From the NCBI RefSeq assembly GCF_043950625.1, contig NZ_CP171007.1: a stretch of DNA of 32,000 bases; one strand, written 5' to 3'. Source of the stretch: Alkanindiges sp. WGS2144 (GTDB taxonomy: Bacteria > Pseudomonadota > Gammaproteobacteria > Pseudomonadales > Moraxellaceae). The notes under the pieces were generated by a model, which was given only the letters and a program-made list of their open reading frames with translations, was not told the DNA's origin and made no database searches. The translations under genes were made by a program, and so were the position numbers. Shown here one piece after another: positions 7,860 to 18,088 of this stretch (position 1 is its first letter; every line of letters starts with the position of its first letter).

Positions 7860-9686
7860 TTAATGCTGCCCATCCACAGGATGTTTTAAATTGACATCCA
7901 TTTTGCGTTGTGCGGTTAGCATATCACTATCAAACAGGCTTTCCAGTTCCACCATGGCCGCACGGTTGGATTCAATCAGCTGTTGTTCATCATTATAGAT
8001 AGTTTGCTGGCGGCGCAGCAGTGAGTCCTCATAGTCGCGGAAAATTTCAATATCATCATGGGCTTTTTGTGGGCTAATGCCTAAATCTACCAATGCCTGA
8101 TAGGACATGGCTAGTGCTGATAAATAGGTTTCACGCCAGATCGGCTCAACGCCGGCTTCACGCAAACGGTATACATGTTGACGATCACGTGCCCGTGCCA
8201 GAATTTTAACCTGTGGATAATTACGCCGGATGTATTTGGCTACCGAAATCGCATCTTCTACATCATCCATGGTCAGGATAAATAGTTTGGTATGGGCAAT
8301 CCCGGCTGCACGCAGAATTTCCGGGTTTTTAGGGTCACCATAATAAACGGCGTTGCCAAATTTACGGACAAAATCGACCTGACTGATATTTTTGTCTACT
8401 GCGGTAAATTCAATATTATGAATGCGCAATAAGCGTCCAATAATTTGCCCCATACGACCAAAACCAGCAATGATGACAGCGTGTTGATGATCAGGAATCT
8501 GATCAAATCTGGTTGACGGTTGGTGCCGGTTGAACAATGGTTCGCCGTATTTTTCCAGCAATAAAAATGCCAGTGGGGTGAGTATCATGGACAAGGTCAC
8601 AATCAGGGTCAAGGAGCCTGCAATGTGCTCAGGGAAAATCTGGTAATGCGTGGCACTGGCAAATAGCACAAAGGCAAACTCACCACCCTGAGCCAGTGAA
8701 ACACCAAGCCGCATACTGGTTGACCAGCGGTAGCCGGAAAAGTGCCCAATCAATAGCAGGGTTAAGCCTTTAACCACCATCAGACCTAGCACACAGCCCA
8801 TGATCAGCCAGGGCATGTCGCGCAGCAGATCAAGTTGTACACTCATGCCCACCGTGATAAAAAACAGCCCCAGCAGCAAACCCTTAAATGGCTGTACACT
8901 GGCTTCCAGCTCGTGACGGTACTCCGAGTCTGCCAGCAGCACACCCGTTAAAAAAGCACCCAGTGTGGTACTGATATCGAGTAGATTCATCAGTTGCACC
9001 ACACCCAGCACAATAAATAGTGCCAGCGCAGTCAGTAGCTCGCTTGCTCCGCTTTTGGTAATAAAACGAAAAAAAGGCCGGATCAGATAACGGCTTAATA
9101 AAAATAGTCCGGAAAAAGTAGCCACGACCGCCGCAAAATGAGCTACACCATGATGAGGGCCATGTATGCCACTCAACAGAGGCAGCAGTGCCAGTAGCGG
9201 AATAACTGCCATATCCTGAAACAGTAAAATGGCAAAAGCCTGTCTGCCATGCGTGCTGGCCAGCTGTTTTTTTTCTGAGAGAAGCTGCAACACAAAAGCA
9301 GTGGACGATAACGCCAGGCCAAAACCAATAATCAGGCTGGCCTTAAAGTCCAGGCCAAATACTGCCCAGGCCAGCGCCAGTAATATGACCGCGCTAATAC
9401 TTAGTTGTAGGCTACCCATCACAAAAATGGATTGCCTCAGCTGCCACAGACGTTGAGGACGCAATTCCAGACCAATTAAAAACATCAGCATAATGACGCC
9501 ATATTCGGCCAGCTGCATGATGGATTCAGGATCGCGCTCTACCTTGAGCACATAGGGTCCTAGCAAAATACCAGTCAGCAGGTAGCCCAGCACAGTTGCC
9601 AGGCCAAAGCGCTTGCCCAGCGGCACCAGCAACAGGGTAGCACCCAGAAAAATGGTGATTTGTAGTAATAATGGCATGGAGGTCAC
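7860..9686 (-). CDS. CPA2-family glutathione-regulated K+ efflux protein (KefB/KefC-like) with a C-terminal TrkA-N/RCK domain
   Basis: 608 aa. The polytopic N-terminal domain is followed by the Rossmann motif VIIAGFGRMGQIIGRLL. Confidence 0.85.
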   Translation of the reverse strand: MTSMPLLLQITIFLGATLLLVPLGKRFGLATVLGYLLTGILLGPYVLKVERDPESIMQLAEYGVIMLMFLIGLELRPQRLWQLRQSIFVMGSLQLSISAVILLALAWAVFGLDFKASLIIGFGLALSSTAFVLQLLSEKKQLASTHGRQAFAILLFQDMAVIPLLALLPLLSGIHGPHHGVAHFAAVVATFSGLFLLSRYLIRPFFRFITKSGASELLTALALFIVLGVVQLMNLLDISTTLGAFLTGVLLADSEYRHELEASVQPFKGLLLGLFFITVGMSVQLDLLRDMPWLIMGCVLGLMVVKGLTLLLIGHFSGYRWSTSMRLGVSLAQGGEFAFVLFASATHYQIFPEHIAGSLTLIVTLSMILTPLAFLLLEKYGEPLFNRHQPSTRFDQIPDHQHAVIIAGFGRMGQIIGRLLRIHNIEFTAVDKNISQVDFVRKFGNAVYYGDPKNPEILRAAGIAHTKLFILTMDDVEDAISVAKYIRRNYPQVKILARARDRQHVYRLREAGVEPIWRETYLSALAMSYQALVDLGISPQKAHDDIEIFRDYEDSLLRRQQTIYNDEQQLIESNRAAMVELESLFDSDMLTAQRKMDVNLKHPVDGQH

Positions 9687-9799
9687 GACAGTAAACCAGA
9701 CATTTAATAAGTGATCAGCATAGTAGATATAAAGTGAACTATAACCAAACCCTACTGTTTTTGTGTGATTTTAATAGTATGAAATTCCTAACAGAATGT

Positions 9800-12079
9800 T
9801 TAGCTAAGCTCCTGGGCATCAATATCAATAGAGCAGCGGATACCGCGACGTTCTGGCAGTTTGCATACCTGTAACCACCACGCGCCCAATAGCTGATGCA
9901 GTAGGCGGCGATCCGTACAAAAAATCAGCACATGGGCGCGAAACACTCCGGCACGTTTTTCCATAGGTGCAGGGACAGGCCCCCAAGCTTCCAGTTGACT
10001 GGCTTGTGGTTGCGCATAGAGCATGGACAGAATATGCTGTAGGAATTGCAGGGCTTTTTCAGGCTGTGTGGCTTCTGCCCGGATCAGCGCAGTATAGCGA
10101 TAAGGAGGCAATAGCATGGCCTTGCGCTCAGCCAGACAGGTTCGGGCAAAGGCAGCGTAGCCTTCTTGAATCAGGGTTTGTAGCAGTGGGTTTTCTGGTC
10201 TGAAGGTTTGAATCAATACCAGGCCGGCTTTTTGACCACGGCCAGCCCGGCCGGCCACCTGCATAATCAGCTGTGCGGTACGTTCCGGTGCACGAAAATC
10301 ACTGCTTAAAAAACCACCGTCTACATCCAGAATAGCCACTAGGGTCACATGTGGAAAATGATGGCCTTTTGCCAGCATCTGGGTGCCCAGCAGGATGGCT
10401 GCTTTTTCCTGATGGGCGCGTTCATAAATTCGCTCCCAGCTACCCACCCGGCTGGTGCTATCACGGTCAACGCGCAGGATATCGGTATCAGCAAATAGCT
10501 GTTTTAGCCCTTCTTCCAGACGTGCAGTACCCATGCCGGTTGGCGTTAAGTCGGTGCTTTGACAACTGTTACAGGCGGTGGGCAAACGACTTTGATAATT
10601 GCAATGGTGGCAGTGCAGGTGTGAGCCAGGCTGATAGTGCACGGTGAGATGCGCATCACAGCGTGGACAGTCTGCCTGCCAGCCACACTGTGGGCACAAA
10701 AGTATCGGGGCATAACCGCGCCGGTTTAAAAAGATCAGTACCTGTTCATTTTTTTTCAGGCGCTGTTTGATGGCATCAATCAGGTCACGCGCCAGACCAT
10801 GCTCTCTGGACTGGGTTTTTAGATCAATCAGCTGGATTTTGGCCAGTGCTGCATTGCCGGCGCGTTTACTCAAATGGACATGCAGAAGCTTTTGTTCAGC
10901 GACCAGATGCAGGCTCTCCAGACAAGGCGTTGCAGAACCTAAAACCACGGGGCAGGCTGTAGTTTGTCCACGGCGCAAGGCCACGTCACGGGCATGATAG
11001 CGAAAGGTATCCTGCTGCTTGAAGGAGACGTCATGCTCTTCATCAAGAATAATCAGGCCCAGACGCGGCATAGGGGTAAATACCGCAGAGCGGGTGCCGA
11101 TTACAATCAGTGCCTTGCCGGTAAAGGCAGCCTGCCAGGCTTGTAGCCGCGCCACATCGGTCAGGTTGGAGTGCATGGCCACCACATCACACTGAAAGCG
11201 CGATTTAAAGCGATCCAGAGTTTGTGGGGTCAGGCCAATTTCCGGCACCAGTACCAGCACCTGCTGACCAGCTTCCAGTACCGGTTGCATGGCCTGCAAA
11301 TAGACTTCTGTTTTACCACTGCCGGTTAAGCCGTCAAGCAAAATGCCTTTAAATTTCCCTAACTGTTGCTTGATCGTATCAATAGCATGTTGTTGTTCAT
11401 TATTCGGCGTTAGCGGCAGCTCAGCCAGCTTGACGGGATGCGGTGTATGGTCTTCCGGCTGTAAAAAGCACTCGGCCAGGCCTTTTTCCTGTAGTGTTTG
11501 CAGTTGCTTTTTGCTGGTGCCCATCATCAGCAATACGCTTTCGGGAGCACCTTGCGCATCATGCATATTTAACAGGTCAAACGCCTCCAGCTGTTTGGGA
11601 GCGCGTTTTAAAAGCTCACGGTCAGCATCAGGCATTAGGCGCCAGTACTGTGCCAGCAGGTTAAATGGCCTGCCCTGGCGCAACAGGGTGGGCAGGGCAC
11701 AGCTGATTACTTCGCCAACTGGATAGTGATAATAACTGGCTGCCCAGTGCAGTAGTTTTAAAATATTGTCCGGCAGTAAAGCCTGTTGATCCAGTACTTG
11801 CTGGATGGGTTTAATTTTGTCGGGTTGAATGTCGGTACGGTTGGACTGACCCAGATAAATGCCCACCAGTTCGCGACGGCCAAACGGCACACACACGCGG
11901 CAACCTGCTGCAAAAGGCCATTGCTCCAGCAGGTTTTCCGGCACTGCGTAGTCGAAGATCTCAAAAATTGGCACCGGCAGCGCGATTTGCACGATGATGT
12001 CTGGCAAGGGGGATTCAAATAAATCGGTAGGCGCGTCTACCGTGGCCTGCTGCATGGTAAAGGTCACGTATTTATTCAC
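9800..12079 (-). CDS. priA: Primosomal replication-restart helicase PriA
   Basis: 759 aa with Walker A GLTGSGKTEVY, the DEEH box (ILDEEHD) and the Cys-rich zinc module CPQCGWQADCPRCDAHLTVHYQPGSHLHCHHCNYQSRLPTACNSCQS. Confidence 0.95.
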   Translation of the reverse strand: MNKYVTFTMQQATVDAPTDLFESPLPDIIVQIALPVPIFEIFDYAVPENLLEQWPFAAGCRVCVPFGRRELVGIYLGQSNRTDIQPDKIKPIQQVLDQQALLPDNILKLLHWAASYYHYPVGEVISCALPTLLRQGRPFNLLAQYWRLMPDADRELLKRAPKQLEAFDLLNMHDAQGAPESVLLMMGTSKKQLQTLQEKGLAECFLQPEDHTPHPVKLAELPLTPNNEQQHAIDTIKQQLGKFKGILLDGLTGSGKTEVYLQAMQPVLEAGQQVLVLVPEIGLTPQTLDRFKSRFQCDVVAMHSNLTDVARLQAWQAAFTGKALIVIGTRSAVFTPMPRLGLIILDEEHDVSFKQQDTFRYHARDVALRRGQTTACPVVLGSATPCLESLHLVAEQKLLHVHLSKRAGNAALAKIQLIDLKTQSREHGLARDLIDAIKQRLKKNEQVLIFLNRRGYAPILLCPQCGWQADCPRCDAHLTVHYQPGSHLHCHHCNYQSRLPTACNSCQSTDLTPTGMGTARLEEGLKQLFADTDILRVDRDSTSRVGSWERIYERAHQEKAAILLGTQMLAKGHHFPHVTLVAILDVDGGFLSSDFRAPERTAQLIMQVAGRAGRGQKAGLVLIQTFRPENPLLQTLIQEGYAAFARTCLAERKAMLLPPYRYTALIRAEATQPEKALQFLQHILSMLYAQPQASQLEAWGPVPAPMEKRAGVFRAHVLIFCTDRRLLHQLLGAWWLQVCKLPERRGIRCSIDIDAQELS

Positions 12080-12314
12080 TGGTTTGGTACATTCTATGCT
12101 GAACTATAGCTGGGTTAAAAGGGATTCGGCGATTTTGCTGATGGTTGGCAGATATGCTCAAGGTGTGCCAGGCACCGCTTGTATAAAAAAATAATTGATA
12201 GCTCGCCTTATAATAGCAGGAAAGCTGTTTTTATCCTGCAAGTGGCTTTTCATTTGCCAGCAAACTCACCATAATCAACCGGATGTTTTTTAGCTTGATT
12301 TGAGCATTATTATC

Positions 12315-13523
12315 ATGCCTGCATATCAGTTCACCGCAGTTGACCAGATAGGGAAGCAACATAAAGGCGTGCTGGAGGGTGACTCTGCCCGGCAGATCCG
12401 CCAGCAATTGCGTGATAAAGACTGGATGCCGGTGCTGGTAGAGCCAGTTGAAGAAAATAAAAGCAGCGAAACTGGTCGGCGTTTTTTACAAAAAGGCCTG
12501 AGTGCATATGACTTGGCACTAATGACCCGCCAGCTCAGTGTGCTGATTGCTGCGGCTATTCCGCTGGAGGAAGCCCTGCGCTCGGTCGCCAGGCAAAGTG
12601 AAAAGCGCCATGTCCAAAGTTTGCTGTTGTCGGTACGAGCCAAAGTACTGGAGGGTCATTCGCTGGCACAGGCGCTGCGCCAGGCTGGCCGATTTCCGCC
12701 TTTGTATGTTGCGACCATTGCAGCGGGGGAAAAATCCGGTCATCTGGATTTGATTTTAAACCAGCTGGCCGATTACACCGAAAACCGCTTTGCCATGCAA
12801 AAGAAAATCCAGGGTGCCATGATTTACCCGGTTTTGCTGCTGGTAATGTCCTTTGCCATTGTGATGGGACTGATGACCTATGTGGTGCCGGATATTGTCA
12901 AGGTATTTGCACACAGCAAAGAGGCGCTGCCCTTTATTACCCGTGCCTTGATGGCCATGAGTGATTTTATTCGTACCGCCTGGCCGTTCTTGCTGGTAGG
13001 CAGCATTGTATTTGTGGTGCTCATGCTGCGTTTTGTGCGTACCGACGCCGGACGTTATGCACTAGATCGTCTGACTCTGCGCCTGCCCCTGTTTGCCAAG
13101 TTGAGCCGTGGCATTAATTCTGCACGTTTTGCCAGTACCCTGTCTATTTTAACCCAGTCCGGTGTGCCGCTGGTGGAGGCGCTGCATATTGGCGCTGCCG
13201 TATCCAGTAACTGGTATATTCGGGATGCCATTGCCCAGGCTGCGGTTAAAGTTACCGAAGGTGGCGCACTGGCAACCCAGCTGGAGCGCACACGTTATTT
13301 TCCGCCCATGATGGTGCAGATGATTCGCAGTGGAGAAAGCTCAGGTGAACTGGACAACATGCTGGCACGGGCAGCCGCCATGCAGGATCGAGAAGTCACT
13401 ACGTTAATCAGTACATTACTGGCGCTGCTAGAGCCTTTAATGCTGATTTTTATGGCTGGTATTGTACTGACCATCGTCATGGCAGTGATGCTGCCGATCG
13501 TAAATATGAATAATTTAGTCTGA
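12315..13523 (+). CDS. gspF: Type II secretion system inner-membrane platform protein GspF
   Basis: The T2SS-F architecture is duplicated. The N-terminus MPAYQFTAVDQIGKQHKGVLEGDSARQIRQQLR is GspF-like, and the gene lies directly upstream of gspG. The ATG at 12315 is preferred over the track's TTG at 12300. Confidence 0.85.
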   Translation: MPAYQFTAVDQIGKQHKGVLEGDSARQIRQQLRDKDWMPVLVEPVEENKSSETGRRFLQKGLSAYDLALMTRQLSVLIAAAIPLEEALRSVARQSEKRHVQSLLLSVRAKVLEGHSLAQALRQAGRFPPLYVATIAAGEKSGHLDLILNQLADYTENRFAMQKKIQGAMIYPVLLLVMSFAIVMGLMTYVVPDIVKVFAHSKEALPFITRALMAMSDFIRTAWPFLLVGSIVFVVLMLRFVRTDAGRYALDRLTLRLPLFAKLSRGINSARFASTLSILTQSGVPLVEALHIGAAVSSNWYIRDAIAQAAVKVTEGGALATQLERTRYFPPMMVQMIRSGESSGELDNMLARAAAMQDREVTTLISTLLALLEPLMLIFMAGIVLTIVMAVMLPIVNMNNLV

Positions 13524-13632
13524 TATTGTTAAAACATGGTATACAGCCCGTAGACTGGCGTGGAACAGACTCTAAACTAGGCTACAATTTGGCACAACAA
13601 ACAGATACCTAAACCTTTGGAACAAGACAGTA

Positions 13633-14088
13633 ATGAGAAAACAGACCGGAACAGGACAGATTGCAACAAAACGTAGTATCCAGCAGGGTTTTACCTTAAT
13701 TGAAGTCATGGTTGTGGTGGTGATCCTGGGCATTTTAGCGGCACTGATTGTGCCCAACGTGATGGGGCGGGGCGAAAAAGCCAAAGTAGATACCACCAAA
13801 ATCACTTTGGCCAATGTAGCGAGTGCGCTGGATCAATACAAACTGGATAATAATCGCTACCCCAACACCCAGGAGGGTCTGGATGCGCTGATCAAGCAGC
13901 CAGCCAGTGCCAAAAACTGGATGCAGGGCGGCTACCTTAAAGGGGGTTACCCTAAAGACAGCTGGGATAACGATTTACAATATGTGTCACCCGGTTCGGG
14001 CGGTCGTTCTTACGATCTGTATTCCTTTGGTGCTGATGGTAAGGAAGGCGGCGAAGGGAACGATGCGGATATTTACTTTGAAAAGTAA
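13633..14088 (+). CDS. gspG: Type II secretion major pseudopilin GspG
   Basis: Prepilin leader ending QQG|FTLIEVMVVVVILGILAALIVPNVMG, followed by the GspG core DQYKLDNNRYPNTQEGLDALI and SFGADGKEGGEGNDADI. Confidence 0.9.
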   Translation: MRKQTGTGQIATKRSIQQGFTLIEVMVVVVILGILAALIVPNVMGRGEKAKVDTTKITLANVASALDQYKLDNNRYPNTQEGLDALIKQPASAKNWMQGGYLKGGYPKDSWDNDLQYVSPGSGGRSYDLYSFGADGKEGGEGNDADIYFEK

Positions 14089-14169
14089 AATGTCGGCGTC
14101 AATGAACCAGAAATAGGTGGCTTTTCAGAGCATTTGCTTCAACATTGAAAATTCAGCTCGTTTATTCTG

Positions 14170-14188
14170 TAATCGGAAAAAACGATTA
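14170..14188. promoter_or_regulatory. Inverted repeat upstream of ahpC; possible OxyR-type half-operator
   Basis: TAATCG-gaaaaaa-CGATTA, i.e. ATCG-N7-CGAT, resembles the ATAG-N7-CTAT OxyR unit. The next unit downstream (AAAA-N7-CTGT) matches only weakly. Confidence 0.25.
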
Positions 14189-14289
14189 AATTGAAAAATA
14201 TTTACTGTTTGATCAATTGCTCAATACCGCCTAATCTTAGCGCTGTAGACAGTGTTCTAAAATATGCTTAAACCCAAGGAGTAAAAGTA

Positions 14290-14853
14290 ATGAGTTTGAT
14301 TAATACCGAAGTAAAACCGTTTAAAGCCACTGCATTTCACAATGGCAACTTTGTAGAAGTGACTGAAGCTGACCTGAAAGGCAAATGGTCTGTGGTGTTC
14401 TTTTACCCAGCCGACTTTACCTTTGTGTGTCCAACCGAACTGGGTGACCTGGCTGACAACTACGATGAATTCCAGAAGATGGGTGTAGAGATTTACGGTG
14501 TATCGACTGATACCCACTTTACCCATAAGGCCTGGCATGACACCTCTGATGTGATTGGCAAACTGCAATACCCAATGATCGGTGATCCGACCTGGACACT
14601 GGCCCGTAACTTTGACGTGCTGATTGAAGAAGCTGGTCTGGCTAACCGTGGTACCTTCGTGATTGATCCAAATGGTAAAATTCAGGTAGTTGAAATTACT
14701 GCTGAAGGTATTGGCCGTGACGCACAGGAACTACTGCGTAAAGTAAAAGCTGCCCAGTATGTGCATAATCATCCAGGTGAAGTATGCCCAGCCAAATGGA
14801 AAGAAGGTGAAGAAACACTAGCGCCTTCTATTGATCTGGTTGGTAAAATCTAA
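14290..14853 (+). CDS. ahpC: Alkyl hydroperoxide reductase subunit C (typical 2-Cys peroxiredoxin)
   Basis: 187 aa with the peroxidatic motif [14 protein letters not shown] and the resolving Cys in GEVCPAKW. A strong AAGGAG RBS precedes it. Confidence 0.95.
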   Translation: MSLINTEVKPFKATAFHNGNFVEVTEADLKGKWSVVFFYPADFTFVCPTELGDLADNYDEFQKMGVEIYGVSTDTHFTHKAWHDTSDVIGKLQYPMIGDPTWTLARNFDVLIEEAGLANRGTFVIDPNGKIQVVEITAEGIGRDAQELLRKVKAAQYVHNHPGEVCPAKWKEGEETLAPSIDLVGKI

Positions 14854-14882
14854 GCTTTGGCTTAACGGTTTTTAACCCTACA

Positions 14883-14919
14883 AACCGCTCTGTTTTTATC
14901 AAAAGCAGGGCGGTTTTTT
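14883..14919 (+). terminator. Terminator or attenuator after ahpC
   Basis: AACCGCTCTG pairs with CAGGGCGGTT with one mismatch and is followed by TTTTTT. Confidence 0.6.
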
Positions 14920-15128
14920 GTTGTTCATATTTATAGCGCTGTAACAAATAATCTCTTTTTAATCGGCATTATTTTTTGATTGCCAAAAAACTTGAAGCAA
15001 TCACCAGATATGCAACACTTGATCTGTTTTAGCGATCATTTTTATGAAATTATACTGTTTTACCTATCAATAGAAATTGTCTAGTATGGCTGTATTAAGA
15101 AAATATTTATTCCTGCGGAGGATGAACC

Positions 15129-16685
15129 ATGTTAGATCAGGCCATTAAAAATCAATTAGCCACTTATTTAGAGCGTTTGGAAGCCCCTATTGAAATTGTG
15201 GCATCACTGGATGACTCAGATAAAGCTGCCAAAATTAAAGAATTCGTCACCGAAGTTGCTGCGCTATCGGATCAGGTCACTGCCCGCTTTGATGGCAACA
15301 ATAGCCGTCGCCCCAGTTTTGGTATTGCCAAGGCCGGTGAGGAGCCACGGGTATATTTTGCTGGCTTGCCAATGGGGCATGAGTTTACTTCACTGATTCT
15401 GGCATTATTGCAGGTGAGTGGTTATGCGCCCAAGGTTTCAGATGAACTGCTGGCACAAATTAAAAGCCTGAACTTGTCGGCTCACTTTGAGGTTTTTGTT
15501 TCCCTAAGCTGCCATAACTGTCCGGATGTGGTACAGGCGCTTAACCTGATTGCCATTTATAACCCTGGCACCACCGCTACCATGATTGATGGTGCGTTTT
15601 TCCAGGAAGAAGTTGAGCAGCGCCAGATTATGGCAGTGCCTATGGTATTTCAGGATGGTGAGCATATTGGTCAGGGTCGTATGACCATGGAAGAAATTGT
15701 GGCCAAGCTGGATACTGGCAGTGGTGCCCGTGAGGCAGAAAAAATCAATGCCAAGGATACTTTTGATGTGTTGATTGTAGGTGGAGGGCCAGCCGGAGCA
15801 GCCGCAGCAGTGTATGCAGCACGTAAAGGCATTAAAACCGGTATCGTGGCTGAGCGTTTTGGTGGTCAGGTGATGGACACCTTAAGCATTGAAAACTTTA
15901 TTTCTGTGCCGGAAACCGAAGGACCAAAGCTGGTGGCCGCCATGGAACAGCATGTACGCACTTATGATGTGGACATCATGAACCTGCAACGCGCCAAGCA
16001 ACTTAAAACCGGTGATCTGGATGACCTGATTGAAATTGAGCTGGAAAACGGGGCAAGCCTGAAAAGCCGTACTGTGATTTTATCAACTGGTGCACGCTGG
16101 CGTGAAATGAGCGTACCCGGTGAACAACAGTACAAAACCCGTGGTGTGGCATACTGTCCACACTGTGATGGTCCGCTGTTTAAAGGCAAGCGCGTGGCGG
16201 TCATTGGTGGTGGTAACTCTGGTGTAGAGGCCGCCATTGACTTGGCTGGTATTGTTAAGGAAGTGACCTTGCTGGAGTTTGACAGCAAACTGCGTGCCGA
16301 TGCGGTATTGCAGAACAAGCTGAACAGCCTGCCTAACGTCCGTGTTTTAACCAGTGCGCAAACAACCGAGGTGCTGGGTGACGGGCAAAAGGTAACTGGT
16401 CTGGTGTACAAGGATCGGATTAGTGATGCAACAAATACCATTGAACTGGAAGGTATTTTTGTGCAGATTGGTCTGTTGCCTAATACGGACTGGCTCAAAG
16501 ACAGTGGCGTGGAGTTATCACCACGCGGCGAGATTGTGGTAGATGCCCGTGGTGAAACATCTGTGCCTGGTGTGTTTGCCGCAGGGGATGTGACTACTGT
16601 GCCGTACAAGCAGATTATTATTGCAAACGGTGAGGGTGCCAAAGCAGCATTGAGCGCATTTGATTATCTCATCCGCACCAATTAA
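15129..16685 (+). CDS. ahpF: Alkyl hydroperoxide reductase subunit F
   Basis: 518 aa with the N-terminal thioredoxin-like CHNC, the FAD motif [21 protein letters not shown], the redox CPHCDG and the NAD motif [14 protein letters not shown]. Preceded by a GGAGG RBS. Confidence 0.95.
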   Translation: MLDQAIKNQLATYLERLEAPIEIVASLDDSDKAAKIKEFVTEVAALSDQVTARFDGNNSRRPSFGIAKAGEEPRVYFAGLPMGHEFTSLILALLQVSGYAPKVSDELLAQIKSLNLSAHFEVFVSLSCHNCPDVVQALNLIAIYNPGTTATMIDGAFFQEEVEQRQIMAVPMVFQDGEHIGQGRMTMEEIVAKLDTGSGAREAEKINAKDTFDVLIVGGGPAGAAAAVYAARKGIKTGIVAERFGGQVMDTLSIENFISVPETEGPKLVAAMEQHVRTYDVDIMNLQRAKQLKTGDLDDLIEIELENGASLKSRTVILSTGARWREMSVPGEQQYKTRGVAYCPHCDGPLFKGKRVAVIGGGNSGVEAAIDLAGIVKEVTLLEFDSKLRADAVLQNKLNSLPNVRVLTSAQTTEVLGDGQKVTGLVYKDRISDATNTIELEGIFVQIGLLPNTDWLKDSGVELSPRGEIVVDARGETSVPGVFAAGDVTTVPYKQIIIANGEGAKAALSAFDYLIRTN

Positions 16686-16700
16686 TTAAACCAGAACCAC

Positions 16701-16731
16701 AAAAAATCCCGCCAGTATAGCGGGATTTTTT
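16701..16731. terminator. Bidirectional terminator between ahpF and the convergent pirin gene
   Basis: AAAAAATCCCGC-cagtata-GCGGGATTTTTT. Confidence 0.8.
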
Positions 16732-16934
16732 GTGTGCTAAATCATTTAAGGTTTTTCCGGCAAATCAAACCAGAGTAGGTGTGCGTCAGTATCGGCCACA
16801 ATTTCTGCCTTGCCAGTAAAAACAATGGCATCGCCAGTTTGCACAATTTCATCATTGACCCGTACTTTGCCTTCAATCACATGCAGATAGTTAATGGCTT
16901 TTTGTGGTTCAAGTAGTGAATAGCCACCAAAATT

Positions 16935-17807
16935 CTAGACACACATAACCATCTTTTGATGGGCCTTTTCATAATCTAATGGAGAACGCTGACCATTGGA
17001 ACCATGTCTGCGTTTTGAGTTATAGAACATCTCTATATATTCAAAGATATCCGACCTTGCTTCAGTTCTTGTCACATAGATTTTCTTCTTGATCCTCTCT
17101 CGCTTTAACAGCTGAAAGAAGCTCTCAGCAACAGCATTATCATGGCAGTTTCCACGCCGGCTCATACTGCTTTCAAGGTTGTGATGCTTGAGAAATGTCT
17201 GCCATTCATGACTGGTGTATTGGCTACCTTGATCAGAATGAATCAGGACTTTGTTCTTTGGGCTTCTTCGCCACAAAGCCATCAGTAGAGCATCTAAAAC
17301 CAGATCTGTTGTGATTCTCGACTTCATAGACCAGCCAACGACTAGCCGTGAGAATAGGTCGATTACTACTGCAAGATACAGCCATCCTTCATGAGTGCGA
17401 ATATAAGTGATGTCAGTCACCCACAACTGGTTGGGCTGGGTGGGGTTAAACTGTCTGTCTAAAGTATTTCGAGCCACAATCGATGGAGTACTAACATTAG
17501 CTCTAGGTTTGCGATAGCCACGCTGTGACTTGAGACCATTCGCCTTCATGAGTCGATGTACTCGATTGATACCGCAACTTTCGCCAACGTCTTTCAAATC
17601 ACAATGAATCTTGCGATAACCGTAGACTCCGCCAGATTCCAACCAGAACTGTTTAATTAATCCTGAAAGCTGTTGCCGCTTCCTCGCAGTTATACTGGTA
17701 GGTTTCTTTAACCAGGCGTAATAACCACTGTGATGAACATCTAACGTTGAACATAAACGACGAACAGACCATATATGTTGGTTGTCCCGAATAAAGGCGT
17801 ACCTCAT
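16935..17807 (-). CDS. IS3-family transposase OrfB (DDE integrase core), expressed as an OrfAB fusion by -1 frameshifting
   Basis: 290 aa with DDE residues in WVTDITYI, LIHSDQGSQYTS and NAVAESFFQLLKRE. Confidence 0.9.
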   Translation of the reverse strand: MRYAFIRDNQHIWSVRRLCSTLDVHHSGYYAWLKKPTSITARKRQQLSGLIKQFWLESGGVYGYRKIHCDLKDVGESCGINRVHRLMKANGLKSQRGYRKPRANVSTPSIVARNTLDRQFNPTQPNQLWVTDITYIRTHEGWLYLAVVIDLFSRLVVGWSMKSRITTDLVLDALLMALWRRSPKNKVLIHSDQGSQYTSHEWQTFLKHHNLESSMSRRGNCHDNAVAESFFQLLKRERIKKKIYVTRTEARSDIFEYIEMFYNSKRRHGSNGQRSPLDYEKAHQKMVMCV

Positions 17808-18088
17808 TTGGACTGGCTTGCGAAGTACACCGCGGCCTTTTTTAATATGTCCCTTTCTTCAGTGACCCTTTGCAGCTCTTTTTTTAATTTCGCTAATTCT
17901 GTAGTTGGATCACTAGATTCTGTTGTCTTGGGCTGCTGTGGATCATAACGTTTGATCCAAGCATACAGACTATGTGTAGTGGTTCCTAAACGTGTAGCAA
18001 CTTCAGCCACACTATGACCTTTCTCAGTGACTTGTTTTACTGCTTCAATTTTGAATTCTTCAGGGTATCGTTTACTGCTCATAAGCAC
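17804..18088 (-). CDS. IS3-family transposase OrfA (HTH DNA-binding)
   Basis: 94 aa: KRYPEEFKIEAVKQVTEKGHSVAEVATRLGTTTHSLYAWIKRY plus a leucine-zipper-like tail. Confidence 0.9.
   Translation of the reverse strand: MLMSSKRYPEEFKIEAVKQVTEKGHSVAEVATRLGTTTHSLYAWIKRYDPQQPKTTESSDPTTELAKLKKELQRVTEERDILKKAAVYFASQSK
17837..17843 (-). other. Programmed -1 ribosomal frameshift heptamer A AAA AAG
   Basis: On the minus strand, orfA reads TTA AAA AAG GCC (L K K A). The -1 frame continues as KKGRGVLRKPVQMRYAFIRDN, which joins the OrfB N-terminus. Confidence 0.8.

Noticed and set aside
10351..11726. Multiple plus-strand ORFs (60-127 aa) within priA
   Set aside because: They lie antisense to priA and are Cys/Ser/Arg-rich artefacts of the opposite-strand codon bias.
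15962..16642. 226-aa minus-strand ORF inside ahpF
   Set aside because: It is fully contained antisense within the strongly supported ahpF gene. Its low-complexity Ser/Pro/Thr-rich product has no recognisable motifs.
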